A stretch of 60,256 bases of DNA, filler included, from Theionarchaea archaeon (GTDB taxonomy: Archaea > Methanobacteriota_B > Thermococci > Methanofastidiosales > SZ-28-30): assembly GCA_018992565.1 (NCBI GenBank). It is 3 parts of 3 records of this genome, joined end to end, with 100 filler letters (N's around TTAATTAATTAA, not from the genome) between each part and the next. Parts side by side here need not be neighbours in the genome. Positions count along the whole stretch, not along the records: positions 1 to 27,117 come from JACVGW010000029.1; positions 27,218 to 54,047 come from JACVGW010000030.1; 1 more part is not named here. One strand, written 5' to 3'. Shown one piece after another: positions 19,821-28,616 of this stretch. Made by a program: the position numbers and the translations under genes. The notes under the pieces are model-generated. The model had not been told where the DNA came from, made no database searches, and saw only the letters and a program-made list of their open reading frames with translations. The stretch's first letter is position 1, and each line of letters opens with the position of its first letter.

Positions 19821-21092
19821 ATGGGATTCACTGATAAGATTGCTGGATTGCTGAAAAAGAAAGAATCGGAACACATAGAAATAGTATCGCTTGAGAATTT
19901 GGATGCTCATATTCTCTCCAGAATTAAGGAAAATGATGAAAGAATCTCCGAACAGAGTGAGATCTTTCTGGACAAAATTCTGAAAGACATTGATGACCTG
20001 GCACAATTCCTGGAGAGTCTGCGAGAAAAAGAACGAGAAGAAATGTTCAAGAAACTTGATACTATTGTGAAGAGCAGTCAGAAACAATTCGCAGATTCCC
20101 TGAAGCACGTGCTTGAGAGAGTGCATCTGGAGAGAAAGGACTACGAGGGGCTGACGGAGTTCCATCAGCAGGTCACAGATGCTCTCCAGCAGATGCAGAA
20201 GCTCAGCAGGATGCACGGCCGGTACCTGTACCTGGCATTTGAAAAGGAGATGAGGACATTTAACAAGACAGTGAAAGAAATGGCAACATATCATCATCTG
20301 TTGGGGCGATTTCTGCATTCCCAGGGCAAAGAAGTAGTCGACCTCCAGAACCTCAGAGAAGGCCTTGCGAAGAGGAGAGACGTTGAAACTGCCATCCAGA
20401 GCCTGGAACGAGAGAAAGCACAGACAAGAACCGAGATCACGAGCCTTGAAGCCAAAATCCAGCAGCTGGAAACCCACATGAAAGAACGTGAAACAAGTGA
20501 AGAGTATGAGAAAGTCCTTGCATATGAGGATCACCAGAACACGGTACGAGAAGAGCTTGCAGCTGTTGAAAAGAAAGTGTATAATATACTGCATCCACTG
20601 GACAGAGATTTCCGCAAGTTCAAGCGGCAGGTCGAGCTGGGGAATGTATCGTTCAGCCTGGATATTCTTGAAGAATATGAGCCCCTGACTGACCAGTTCT
20701 TCAATGAAGAGGAGGGGTATCCCACGCTGAAGAAGATCGCCTCCACAATGAGGGATGCTCTTGAGAAGCAGGTGATCAAAGAAAAGGGGCACAAGAAAGA
20801 GAAAGTGCTGGATATCCTGGGCGGCATCCTGAAGGGCGAACTGGCAGACTTCCAGAAAGAATATCACATGTTGAAAAAAGAACTGGCAAAACAACCTGTG
20901 AGGAAAGACATTCTGCAGGATATTGAGGGGTCTAGACGGAGTATTGGTGAGAATAAATCTAGAATAGAGGATTTGAAGTCAAGGATGGAGGATATATCCT
21001 CTAAGATTGAAAGTGCCGGGAAGGAAATGAGGAATATTGAAGCAGAAATCCGAGAAGAGTGCCGCGGTGTGGGATTGGAACTGGAGGAATAA
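19821..21092 (+). CDS. Hypothetical long coiled-coil protein
   Basis: 423 aa, E/K/L-rich heptads, no ATPase motif. Confidence 0.75.
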   Translation: MGFTDKIAGLLKKKESEHIEIVSLENLDAHILSRIKENDERISEQSEIFLDKILKDIDDLAQFLESLREKEREEMFKKLDTIVKSSQKQFADSLKHVLERVHLERKDYEGLTEFHQQVTDALQQMQKLSRMHGRYLYLAFEKEMRTFNKTVKEMATYHHLLGRFLHSQGKEVVDLQNLREGLAKRRDVETAIQSLEREKAQTRTEITSLEAKIQQLETHMKERETSEEYEKVLAYEDHQNTVREELAAVEKKVYNILHPLDRDFRKFKRQVELGNVSFSLDILEEYEPLTDQFFNEEEGYPTLKKIASTMRDALEKQVIKEKGHKKEKVLDILGGILKGELADFQKEYHMLKKELAKQPVRKDILQDIEGSRRSIGENKSRIEDLKSRMEDISSKIESAGKEMRNIEAEIREECRGVGLELEE

Positions 21093-21155
21093 TCCTCTGG
21101 ATGCGCAGGGAAGAGAGAGGGATGATGGAATAGACGTGTAGACTGCTGACAGATG

Positions 21156-22346
21156 CTACCTGCATTCTCGAGAAGCCCATTCCAGGAGGTCTACCCGTTC
21201 CCGAGCTGAGAAGCTGGGAGTCTCAAAGACAGGGACCTGTTCAAAATCCCTGTAAGGCACTTCCAGGAAGCTGCCATGTACCTTCACCCACTGCCAGAAA
21301 GCTGTCCCCGGATAGGGGGTTGCCAGGCTGAAATGTCCTTTTATATCCAAGTCTTTAGCGAAATCCACTGTTTTTCTGATAGTATCAGGTGTATCACCTG
21401 GATTTCCTACCATGAACAGCCCTTCTACTTCAATTCCTGCTTCTTTTGACATGGATACTGCCCTTCTTGTCTGTCCAATGGTCATCTGTTTCCCAATACT
21501 ATCAAGGACATGTTGTACCCCTGACTCAATACCAAACAGTATTCTGATGCATCCAGCCTCCGCCATGATAGACACCATTTGAGCATCCACTGAATCTGCC
21601 CGGGTTCCATTGGGAAGATCCCACGTGCAGCCCAGCTCTTTGAATAAAGAACAGATACTGAGGACGCGCTCTCTGTGGTAGGTGAAGAGGTCGTCCATGA
21701 TGTGAAGCATGGGGGCGCCTCTTTCTAGGAGGTACAGGGCTTCCCGGCCTACCTGAGAGGGTGTTCTCCCCCGCCAGGTGTGGCCAAAAGGTGAGACGCA
21801 GAATAGGCAGTGGTAGGGGCACCCTCTGCTGGTGACGAGTATCCCCTGGTTGGGATTGTAGTGAGATAACGACAGGGTAGTGTAATCAGGTGGATTCAGA
21901 CTGCGCAAATCTGCAGGCGGCCTGTGAGGGGCACAGCTCTCGTGGGACAGGACTCCCAGCACACTGGTACATGGTTTCTTGTGTTCCAGGCACGTCACGA
22001 GCTCACGAAAGGTCCTCTCCCCTTCTCCTCTCACCACGTAGTCAGAGAACTCCAGCAGCTCCTGGGGGAGCGTATGGTGCCCTCCAGTGACTATGATGGG
22101 ATCATCACCCACGGTGCGGAGGTGCTCTGCCACCCGTGCTGCTTTTTCCAGTGAGACTGTGTGACAGGATATGCCTACCAGGTCCCATGACTTCTTAGGT
22201 AGGGGTTCAGTGCGCAGGTCAATGATCTCTGCAGTATGTTCGGGGATATTTCCTGCCAGCCAGGCCAGTCCTACCGGTGGGTACCTGCCGAGAAGGTCTT
22301 CATCTGGAGAGTGGGGCACATCAGGCTGGATCAAAGCAATATTCAT
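21156..22346 (-). CDS. B12-binding-domain radical SAM protein
   Basis: PPVGLAWLA, GGHH and VRGEGE, then SRGCPYHCLFC (CX3CX2C), GIESG and TPYPGT. Confidence 0.9.
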   Translation of the reverse strand: MNIALIQPDVPHSPDEDLLGRYPPVGLAWLAGNIPEHTAEIIDLRTEPLPKKSWDLVGISCHTVSLEKAARVAEHLRTVGDDPIIVTGGHHTLPQELLEFSDYVVRGEGERTFRELVTCLEHKKPCTSVLGVLSHESCAPHRPPADLRSLNPPDYTTLSLSHYNPNQGILVTSRGCPYHCLFCVSPFGHTWRGRTPSQVGREALYLLERGAPMLHIMDDLFTYHRERVLSICSLFKELGCTWDLPNGTRADSVDAQMVSIMAEAGCIRILFGIESGVQHVLDSIGKQMTIGQTRRAVSMSKEAGIEVEGLFMVGNPGDTPDTIRKTVDFAKDLDIKGHFSLATPYPGTAFWQWVKVHGSFLEVPYRDFEQVPVFETPSFSARERVDLLEWASRECR

Positions 22347-22435
22347 GGGAATACCTCTGAATGGTCCACATTTCATGTAAGAAAGTCCGGCTCTATAAGG
22401 AAGAAACCCTTTATATATTGTAGCGAATATGATCC

Positions 22436-22582
22436 ATGAAAAAAGTCACTGTCAAAATCAATGGAAAAGACATTGAGCTCAATGCTTTTGCAGATAGCGT
22501 TATAGCATCCACAATAAAAGGACTCCTCTCTCCTCTGAGGGGATATGAAGAAGGAGAAATCTCTGTCCTGGTAAAGGAATAG
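22436..22582 (+). CDS. 48-aa protein resembling the MobB C-terminal module, missing from the ORF track
   Basis: MKKVTVKINGKDIELNAFADSVIASTIKGLLSPLRGYEEGEISVLVKE; TTTATATA box ~18 nt upstream. Confidence 0.7.
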   Translation: MKKVTVKINGKDIELNAFADSVIASTIKGLLSPLRGYEEGEISVLVKE

Positions 22583-22585
22583 ACA

Positions 22586-22724
22586 TGGTGGGGACACGGA
22601 GATTTGAACTCCGATCCACAGGTTTCTTCACGCTCCAAAAACTCTTCATCAGCTTTCGCCTCAGCAAACCTGCGCTTTTGGATTTCTGGAGCCTGCGATG
22701 ATAGCCTGGTTACACCATGTCCCC
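22586..22724 (-). tRNA. tRNA-Trp(CCA) with a 62-nt intron at 37/38 (22624-22685)
   Basis: GGGGACATGGTGTAACCAGGCTATCATC-GCAGG-CTCCAG-[intron]-A-CCTGT...GTTCAAATCTCCGTGTCCCCACCA; TATA at ~22747-22754. Confidence 0.93.
22624..22685 (-). ncRNA. Intron-encoded box C/D-type 2'-O-methylation guide, partly degenerate
   Basis: GCAGGTTTG-CTGA (D') and TGATGA (C') around a GC-GAAA-GC loop; guides complementary to the tRNA anticodon arm. Confidence 0.7.
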
Positions 22725-23010
22725 TGTGTGGTCATGGATTGAGGCTTTTATAAATCTTTCTGTCACTCATTTCAACATCTGTCCTTACTGAGTCTCTTTC
22801 CCGGCTCATCCCGGGGTTCCTTTTCCTGGGGGGTTAAATGTCTACTGTATGGGCATTGCTGGATCTGGGCTCTGCAGGTTGTAACCTCTCGACTGCACCA
22901 GGAGTCGACCCCGTGGGTTTGAACCCTTCCAGCACCAACCACCAAGAATCCTCATGAACTGAATATTGAAATCCTGAATTATCCACCGCAAATCAACCAA
23001 ACCTTTAAGA

Positions 23011-23037
23011 GTAGCACTTTTTTATAATTCGTGTTAC
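23011..23037. promoter_or_regulatory. Putative NikR-type operator GTAGCAC-N13-GTGTTAC
   Basis: 6/7 inverted repeat immediately after a TATA-like TTTAAGA and before the cbiM/nikM start. Confidence 0.6.
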
Positions 23038-23049
23038 TGAGGTGATTCG

Positions 23050-23679
23050 ATGCATATACCTGATGGATTCCTGAGTATGCCCGTGGTACTGGTGATGTGG
23101 ATTATCACGATACTGGTTGTGGGATACTCCATCAAGAGAACAAACAAGCAGATTTCTGGAGAGAAAATGCCACTGATGGGTGTGCTGGCTGCATTTGTCT
23201 TTGCAGCACAGATGCTGAACGTTCCCGTAGCTGCTGGTACATCAGGCCATTTTCTGGGTGGCGTCCTGGTGGCTATTTTCCTGGGACCCTGGGCAGGAAC
23301 AGTGATCATGGCAACAGTATTCATTGTACAGGCAGTCTTGTTCCAGGATGGGGGTATCCTGGCCCTGGGTGCCAATATCTTCAACATGGGGCTGATTGGA
23401 ACTGTCCTGGGATACTATCTGTACAGGGGACTCCTGAAGACGTTGAAATCGGTGAGAGTGGCTGCAATGGTAGCTGCGTGGACTGCTATTGTGCTGGCGT
23501 CTGTGGCATGTGCTGTGGAGTTGGCTGCATCAGGGACCAGTCCTCTCAACATCGTCGTTCCCGCTATGGCGGCCATTCATGCTGTCATTGGGATTATTGA
23601 GGCTGTGATAACAGTAGTAGTGATTTCTGCCGTAATGAAGACGAGGCCTGATCTACTCCCGCTGGAGGTACGTTCATGA
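23050..23679 (+). CDS. cbiM: Ni/Co ECF transporter substrate component CbiM/NikM
   Basis: MHIPDGFL N-terminus, GTSGH, QDGG and GANIFNM. Confidence 0.93.
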   Translation: MHIPDGFLSMPVVLVMWIITILVVGYSIKRTNKQISGEKMPLMGVLAAFVFAAQMLNVPVAAGTSGHFLGGVLVAIFLGPWAGTVIMATVFIVQAVLFQDGGILALGANIFNMGLIGTVLGYYLYRGLLKTLKSVRVAAMVAAWTAIVLASVACAVELAASGTSPLNIVVPAMAAIHAVIGIIEAVITVVVISAVMKTRPDLLPLEVRS

Positions 23680-23951
23680 AGTGGTGGCATTACAGCCTGG
23701 GCATCTGTCTCCTGATAGGTGGCGTGATTTCATTATTCGCCTCGGGAAGCCCCGATGGCCTGGAAAAGGTAGCAGAAGAGAATGGATTTGTGGAGAAAGC
23801 AGAAGAGAGCACCGTTGAACTCATGCCTGACTACACTGTACCCGTGGTGGGATCAGAGACTGTTTCTGCGTCTCTAGCAGGAATAATCGGTGTCCTGGTT
23901 ATATTCTCGGTGGCATACGGTGCTGGAACGTTGTTCAGGGGGGCTGAATGA
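23676..23951 (+). CDS. PDGLE-domain ECF accessory subunit (NikN-like)
   Basis: ASGSPDGLE and MPDY motifs, two TM helices. Confidence 0.9.
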   Translation: MKWWHYSLGICLLIGGVISLFASGSPDGLEKVAEENGFVEKAEESTVELMPDYTVPVVGSETVSASLAGIIGVLVIFSVAYGAGTLFRGAE

Positions 23952-24673
23952 CCCCCAACGACACAGTCGCTTTCCACAGTGATCCCAGGATTAAAATTGT
24001 ATGTACTTTCTTTTTTGTTCTCTTAGTTGTCAGTGGAACCCTGAATGTCATGAGGTTTTCAGCCTTTTTTTTGATCCTTCTAGTTGTTGCGATCTTTTCC
24101 AGGGGTTCTCTTTCTTTTCTTTTCAAGAGGTCTTTAGTTATCATTCCTTTTGTTATCCTGGTAGTGGCGTTTCTCCCTTTTTTCAGCGGAGGAGAGACTG
24201 TCACTGTAGCTGGTATCTCCCTGTGTATTGAAGGCCTGCAAAGAGCTGGAACCATAGTCATGAAAGCCGTCCTGTCCGTTTTGGCAGCAGCCCTGCTGGC
24301 AGGAACCACTGAATTTTCAGATTTATTGAAGGGATTTGAAGACCTGAAAGTCCCCACAATCATGGTTGTCTTGGTGTCCTTTATCTACAGGTATTCTTCT
24401 GTTATAGTGGAGGAGGCCAGGAGAATGAAGATAGCGAGAGACATCAGGAGCAGAAAGGGGAATCTCTTTTGGCAGGCCCGGACTCTGGGGACTATCGTGG
24501 CACAGATATTCATGAGGTCTTATGAGAGGAGTGAACGAATCTACCAGGCTATGGTTACCCGAGGCTTCACAGGAGAAATACAGACTCTGAGACAGTATGA
24601 AGTGACCAGAAGAGATGTGGTGCAGGGTGTGGGGTTCTGTACAGTGGTGATGGTGGTCCGGGTGGTCATATGA
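23948..24673 (+). CDS. cbiQ: ECF transporter T component CbiQ/NikQ
   Basis: DPRIK, YRY and RSYERSERIYQAMVTRGF. Confidence 0.9.
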   Translation: MTPNDTVAFHSDPRIKIVCTFFFVLLVVSGTLNVMRFSAFFLILLVVAIFSRGSLSFLFKRSLVIIPFVILVVAFLPFFSGGETVTVAGISLCIEGLQRAGTIVMKAVLSVLAAALLAGTTEFSDLLKGFEDLKVPTIMVVLVSFIYRYSSVIVEEARRMKIARDIRSRKGNLFWQARTLGTIVAQIFMRSYERSERIYQAMVTRGFTGEIQTLRQYEVTRRDVVQGVGFCTVVMVVRVVI

Positions 24674-25353
24674 GCGTTGAGATTTCCGGGCTCTGGTATT
24701 CCTATCCAGATGGAACACCTGCCCTCAAGAACATCAATCTAAAGATTGGCCCAGGGGAGCGAGTGGCTCTTATGGGAGCCAACGGGTCAGGAAAGACCAC
24801 CCTGCTCCTGGTACTGGCAGGCATCTTCAGGGGAAAAGGAGCTGTTGCAGTCCTGGGAGAACACAACCTGGAGAGAAATAGGGGACGAATTGGTCTCGTC
24901 TTCCAGAACCCTGATGATCAGCTGTTCATGCCTTCTGTTTTTGATGACGTGGCTTTCGGTCCAATTAACCTGAGGTTGGATCATGTGGACCAGAGAGTAG
25001 CTCAGGCCCTGGAACGCGTGGGTCTTCCGGGGTATGAGAGAAGATGTCCCCACCATTTGAGTTTTGGTGAGAAAAAGAGGGTTTCTATAGCTACCGTGTT
25101 GTCTATGGAGCCTGAATTGCTGCTGCTTGATGAGCCCACAGCAACTCTCGATCCACGAGGAAAGTGGCAGCTTTTACAGATCCTCGATCAGCTGCCTCAG
25201 ACCATGGTGGTGGCAACCCATGACTCAGGCGTGGCATCCCGCGTCTGTCCACGTACAGTACTGCTGAACGGTGGGAGTATTGCAGCAGACGGCAGCACTG
25301 ACAGGCTCTTATCAGATGAACCTCTCCTGGAGGAATCAGGCCTGAAGGTGTGA
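24670..25353 (+). CDS. cbiO: ECF transporter ATPase CbiO/NikO
   Basis: GANGSGKT, FQNPDDQLF, LSFGEKKR and LLDEP. Confidence 0.92.
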   Translation: MSVEISGLWYSYPDGTPALKNINLKIGPGERVALMGANGSGKTTLLLVLAGIFRGKGAVAVLGEHNLERNRGRIGLVFQNPDDQLFMPSVFDDVAFGPINLRLDHVDQRVAQALERVGLPGYERRCPHHLSFGEKKRVSIATVLSMEPELLLLDEPTATLDPRGKWQLLQILDQLPQTMVVATHDSGVASRVCPRTVLLNGGSIAADGSTDRLLSDEPLLEESGLKV

Positions 25354-25478
25354 CTGGCCGACCTTTTGAGTTCCTGTTCCTGTCACATAGCCAGGAGTCA
25401 GCTACATTCACGTGTGACAATCAGGTAACATTTGTACCCATGACGAAACGTTTATATACTATTGCAATAGTAAGTTAA

Positions 25479-26765
25479 GTGATGAAACGACTGGTTGTCG
25501 CCATTCTCATGTTGCTGAGCGTCCCATCAATACAGGGAGGGAGTAATGTCACCCAGAGGGCAGTTTATTTGGAGAATGGTGTTGTCCTGGTCAGGTTCAT
25601 CAACATGGGCGTGGACGCCTACTGGGGCGATGAGGTACTTGCCAATGCGATTGAGGCCCTGCCTATCCTGGAGGACCTGATAGGTGTCCCCCTTCCCCCA
25701 TCAATTAAGACAGTGGAAATCTACGGCAGGAAAACGGTGGCAGCCCAGGAATGGATCGTGGGATATAATGATGGGAACCAGGTGTCCCTGAAGACTGATC
25801 ACCCTGATCCGACCATCATCTTTCATGAGCTGGTTCATTTCTGGACCTTCCACTATCACATTCCCTGGCCCCTGGCAGAAGGATACTGTAACCTGTATGC
25901 AGACCTCTGTGCCTGGAGAATGGGGTATGTGGAGGTGCCCCTGCAATATATAGACTGGGAGGCGGTGTATTCTGGTCTCAAGGGATTTGAGGGAAGGGCT
26001 CCCCTGAATTCTTTCAACTACCTGGGAGACGTCTCAGAAGAGCAGGTAGAGTATTTCTATATGGCCAGTACAGCAGTGATGTATCGGTTTTATGAAACAG
26101 TGGGGGAGGACAGTCTCAAGATCATTAACCAGAGAGTGGCAGAACCTGTCCTTAATCCCGATTCAGGTCGTACCCCTCTGAACGATTCTCGCGGTGGAAC
26201 TGGTATACTTGAGTACCTGAAAATCGACAAAGAGGTTACAGGGGTAAACCATGCTGAAATATTCATGCCTGTGGTCCTGGCAGAGTGGGGTGATGATCAG
26301 GTAAGGGGCTTTGAAAGGGGGATCAGTCGTTATATTGCAGTTTCTGAAGTTCTGAAAGGGTCTGAGTTTTCTGATCAATTCAACCCCGCAGTGAATGCTC
26401 TCCTACAGGGCCAATTTGAGGTTTTCCAGACTACAGCAATACAACTGGTGGAAGACTACTACAAAGAGGAGCTTAGGAAAGCCACAGAGACCCCTGCATA
26501 CACAGTAATCCCTGCAGAAAAGGAAACTGGACTACTCCATAATAAGCTGTTCTGGATTGGTGTAATTACCTTGGTTGTGGGGATTAGTCTGCTGGCATAT
26601 GTCATATCTGGACTTGTTAAAGAAGAGGAAGAATTCGAATGGGAATCACCCTCAAGGGATGAAAGAAAATCGTGGATGCCTCCTCGTCACTCAATCCCTG
26701 AAGAACCTGAAGAGCCAGATGAGGAACGTCCAGAAACTCCAGACCTCAGAGAACTAACCAAATAG
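25479..26765 (+). CDS. Secreted, C-terminally anchored gluzincin-like metallopeptidase
   Basis: Signal peptide, HELVH with downstream LAEG glutamate, TM helix LFWIGVITLVVGISLLAYVI and an acidic tail. Confidence 0.7.
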   Translation: MMKRLVVAILMLLSVPSIQGGSNVTQRAVYLENGVVLVRFINMGVDAYWGDEVLANAIEALPILEDLIGVPLPPSIKTVEIYGRKTVAAQEWIVGYNDGNQVSLKTDHPDPTIIFHELVHFWTFHYHIPWPLAEGYCNLYADLCAWRMGYVEVPLQYIDWEAVYSGLKGFEGRAPLNSFNYLGDVSEEQVEYFYMASTAVMYRFYETVGEDSLKIINQRVAEPVLNPDSGRTPLNDSRGGTGILEYLKIDKEVTGVNHAEIFMPVVLAEWGDDQVRGFERGISRYIAVSEVLKGSEFSDQFNPAVNALLQGQFEVFQTTAIQLVEDYYKEELRKATETPAYTVIPAEKETGLLHNKLFWIGVITLVVGISLLAYVISGLVKEEEEFEWESPSRDERKSWMPPRHSIPEEPEEPDEERPETPDLRELTK

Positions 26766-27053
26766 GGATCCAAGTCCTTCCAGAGCTTCTTCTTCCTTGG
26801 CCTCTTCTTCTTCCTTCTTTTCTTCCTTCGCTTCTTTTTTCTCCGAAGTTGCAGCAGCTGGAGCAGCTGCCACAGGAATAGCAGCTGTTTTCATAGCTTC
26901 TTTGATGTCTACGCCCTCCAGAGCAGCCATGAGCTGCTTTATCTGTATTTCATCTGGAGTTCCTCCAGCGGCCTCAATGATCCGTTTCAGATTTTCTTCT
27001 GTGACTTCTTTGTCAAGAGCATCAAGCATTAGCGTTGCATAGATGTACTCCAT
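26754..27053 (-). CDS. rpl12: 50S ribosomal stalk protein P1 (aL12)
   Basis: MEYIYATL, Ala-rich hinge and EEALEGLGSLFG C-terminus. Confidence 0.96.
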   Translation of the reverse strand: MEYIYATLMLDALDKEVTEENLKRIIEAAGGTPDEIQIKQLMAALEGVDIKEAMKTAAIPVAAAPAAATSEKKEAKEEKKEEEEAKEEEALEGLGSLFG

Positions 27054-27068
27054 TAAGAACACCTCCAC

Positions 27069-27117
27069 TTAGCCAAATAGAGCTCCCAGTCCTCCAAGGG
27101 CATCTTCTTCGGCTTTT
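27069..27117 (-). CDS. rpl10: 3' end of ribosomal protein P0 (uL10), truncated by the contig end
   Basis: Translates KAEEDALGGLGALFG*, directly upstream of P1. Confidence 0.85.
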
Positions 27118-27217
27118 NNNNNNNNNNNNNNNNNNNNNNNNNNNNNNNNNNNNNNNNNNNNTTAATTAATTAANNNNNNNNNNNNNNNNNNNNNNNNNNN
27201 NNNNNNNNNNNNNNNNN
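27118..27217. other. Artificial contig linker
   Basis: N run containing TTAATTAATTAA (stops in all six frames). Confidence 0.95.
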
Positions 27218-27463
27218 CGCAGTCGAGAGGCTGTGAGTGAATCTGTATCAGTATTTCCATGTCTTCACATTCATTATACCAGCACATATTCTACCTTTGT
27301 CTTTCCTTTTTTCTCTAAATTCTCGTAATCTTTTACATATTTGTCATGAATTTCATTATTTACTTAAAAAATCGCGATTTCATCGAAAATTAACTTATAA
27401 TGTTACGATTTTCCCGAAATATTGATAGCAAAGCTTAAGTATTAGTAATGATATTACAGGAGT

Positions 27464-28615
27464 ATGGGAAGAATTATGGGAACCCTGCCAAGAAAGGTCG
27501 GCATGCTCTGCTGGATGGCGTGGAGTACAACGTGCCCTTCACTTGGATTTTCTGTGTCTTCTTCGCTCTTCCAGGCTGCGCAGACTGAATGTAAGACGCG
27601 ACTGGAAAGACTCCCTGTCCACTGCCTTCCGTACCAAGAACTTTTGGAGGAATCCTACCTAAAGGAAAAGCACTGGGTATATGCTGTCCTCATGGCTGTT
27701 ATGGAGTCTCTTCCTATATTGCACCAGCGGTGTGCCATACATGAGATTCTCAGATCTGTCCTGGGGAAAACGTACCTGGGAGCGAGCTCAAAACTGCTGG
27801 ACAACCTCAATGACGAAATCCATACTCTAGATCAGGCTCTCAGCTCGTTGCAGAACTACCTTGATGCCCTGACATGTGGGCAGTATCAGGTAATGGAAGA
27901 CTCCAGAGTCTCGAGGGCTGAATCTTCTGCATGCGAAATGGCATCATGGATATACCACACTGTGGATTGTGACTCTGCTGCCTTCAACTGGTACGTTGAA
28001 GACTGCAAGAAACTGGTGAAAGGTCAGATAGCTTCGTTGGACCACAAGAGGACTACATGGCCATCACTGGCCGAGTACGTCAGTGTCATTACAGAGAAGA
28101 GTATTGGAGATGTGTGGATCGATATTGACCTGTGCCAGGCGGAGGAGCTGGACAGAGACGTGTATCTTCTTAAGAAGAGCAATGAGTACATTTTCAAATC
28201 CAGCCTGTTGTACGATGATGTTCAGGACCTTATTGAGGATATTGAGACTTCATCCGTGAATTCGGTGTTGCTGCTTGGCCTGGAAAGGAACATAATCTCA
28301 GAAGAGGACATCAAAACCCTTGAACCCAGCCAGATGCAGAATCTGCTCTATGAAGCAAACATCGTGGAGGATATTATCCACCTGGCCGATGCATTCTTCT
28401 TGAAAGGTATCTATGCTTTTCTGGACATAGAGACGGAAGCAGTAGACAAGAAAGGATTGCTGTACAGCTTCCAGTTGGTAAGGCTCTTCAATTTCAGGAA
28501 GCTCTTACGAGAACACAGAGATAGAAAAACCCTCAAGAACGTGATGGCATCCTTCTCTGATATGCAGTCTCTCAGAGACACTATACCTGAGGAAATCGGT
28601 GCTCTTGTCTGGTGA
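27464..28615 (+). CDS. Class I isoprenoid synthase-fold protein (atypical prenyltransferase or terpene synthase)
   Basis: LLDNLNDE, GQIASLD, TEKS and LYDDVQDLIED lie in the order of the FARM, GQ, KT and SARM motifs. Confidence 0.65.
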   Translation: MGRIMGTLPRKVGMLCWMAWSTTCPSLGFSVSSSLFQAAQTECKTRLERLPVHCLPYQELLEESYLKEKHWVYAVLMAVMESLPILHQRCAIHEILRSVLGKTYLGASSKLLDNLNDEIHTLDQALSSLQNYLDALTCGQYQVMEDSRVSRAESSACEMASWIYHTVDCDSAAFNWYVEDCKKLVKGQIASLDHKRTTWPSLAEYVSVITEKSIGDVWIDIDLCQAEELDRDVYLLKKSNEYIFKSSLLYDDVQDLIEDIETSSVNSVLLLGLERNIISEEDIKTLEPSQMQNLLYEANIVEDIIHLADAFFLKGIYAFLDIETEAVDKKGLLYSFQLVRLFNFRKLLREHRDRKTLKNVMASFSDMQSLRDTIPEEIGALVW

Positions 28616-28616
28616 T

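Noticed and set aside
19776..20894. Apparent 372-aa N-terminal extension of TldD (831-aa ORF)
   Set aside because: Antisense shadow of the E/K-rich coiled-coil gene; TldD homology starts at 19775
17069..22582. RiPP cluster made of TldDE, the B12-radical SAM gene and the 48-aa ORF
   Set aside because: The genes lie in separate transcription units, the small ORF looks like a folded domain, and no YcaO or exporter is present
22810..22940. Cobalamin or NiCo riboswitch upstream of cbiM
   Set aside because: No B12-box or other consensus visible, and cbiM has its own promoter downstream of the element
27118..27217. TTAATTAATTAA palindrome in Ns (also 54048-54147)
   Set aside because: Synthetic contig spacer; gene adjacency across it has no biological meaning
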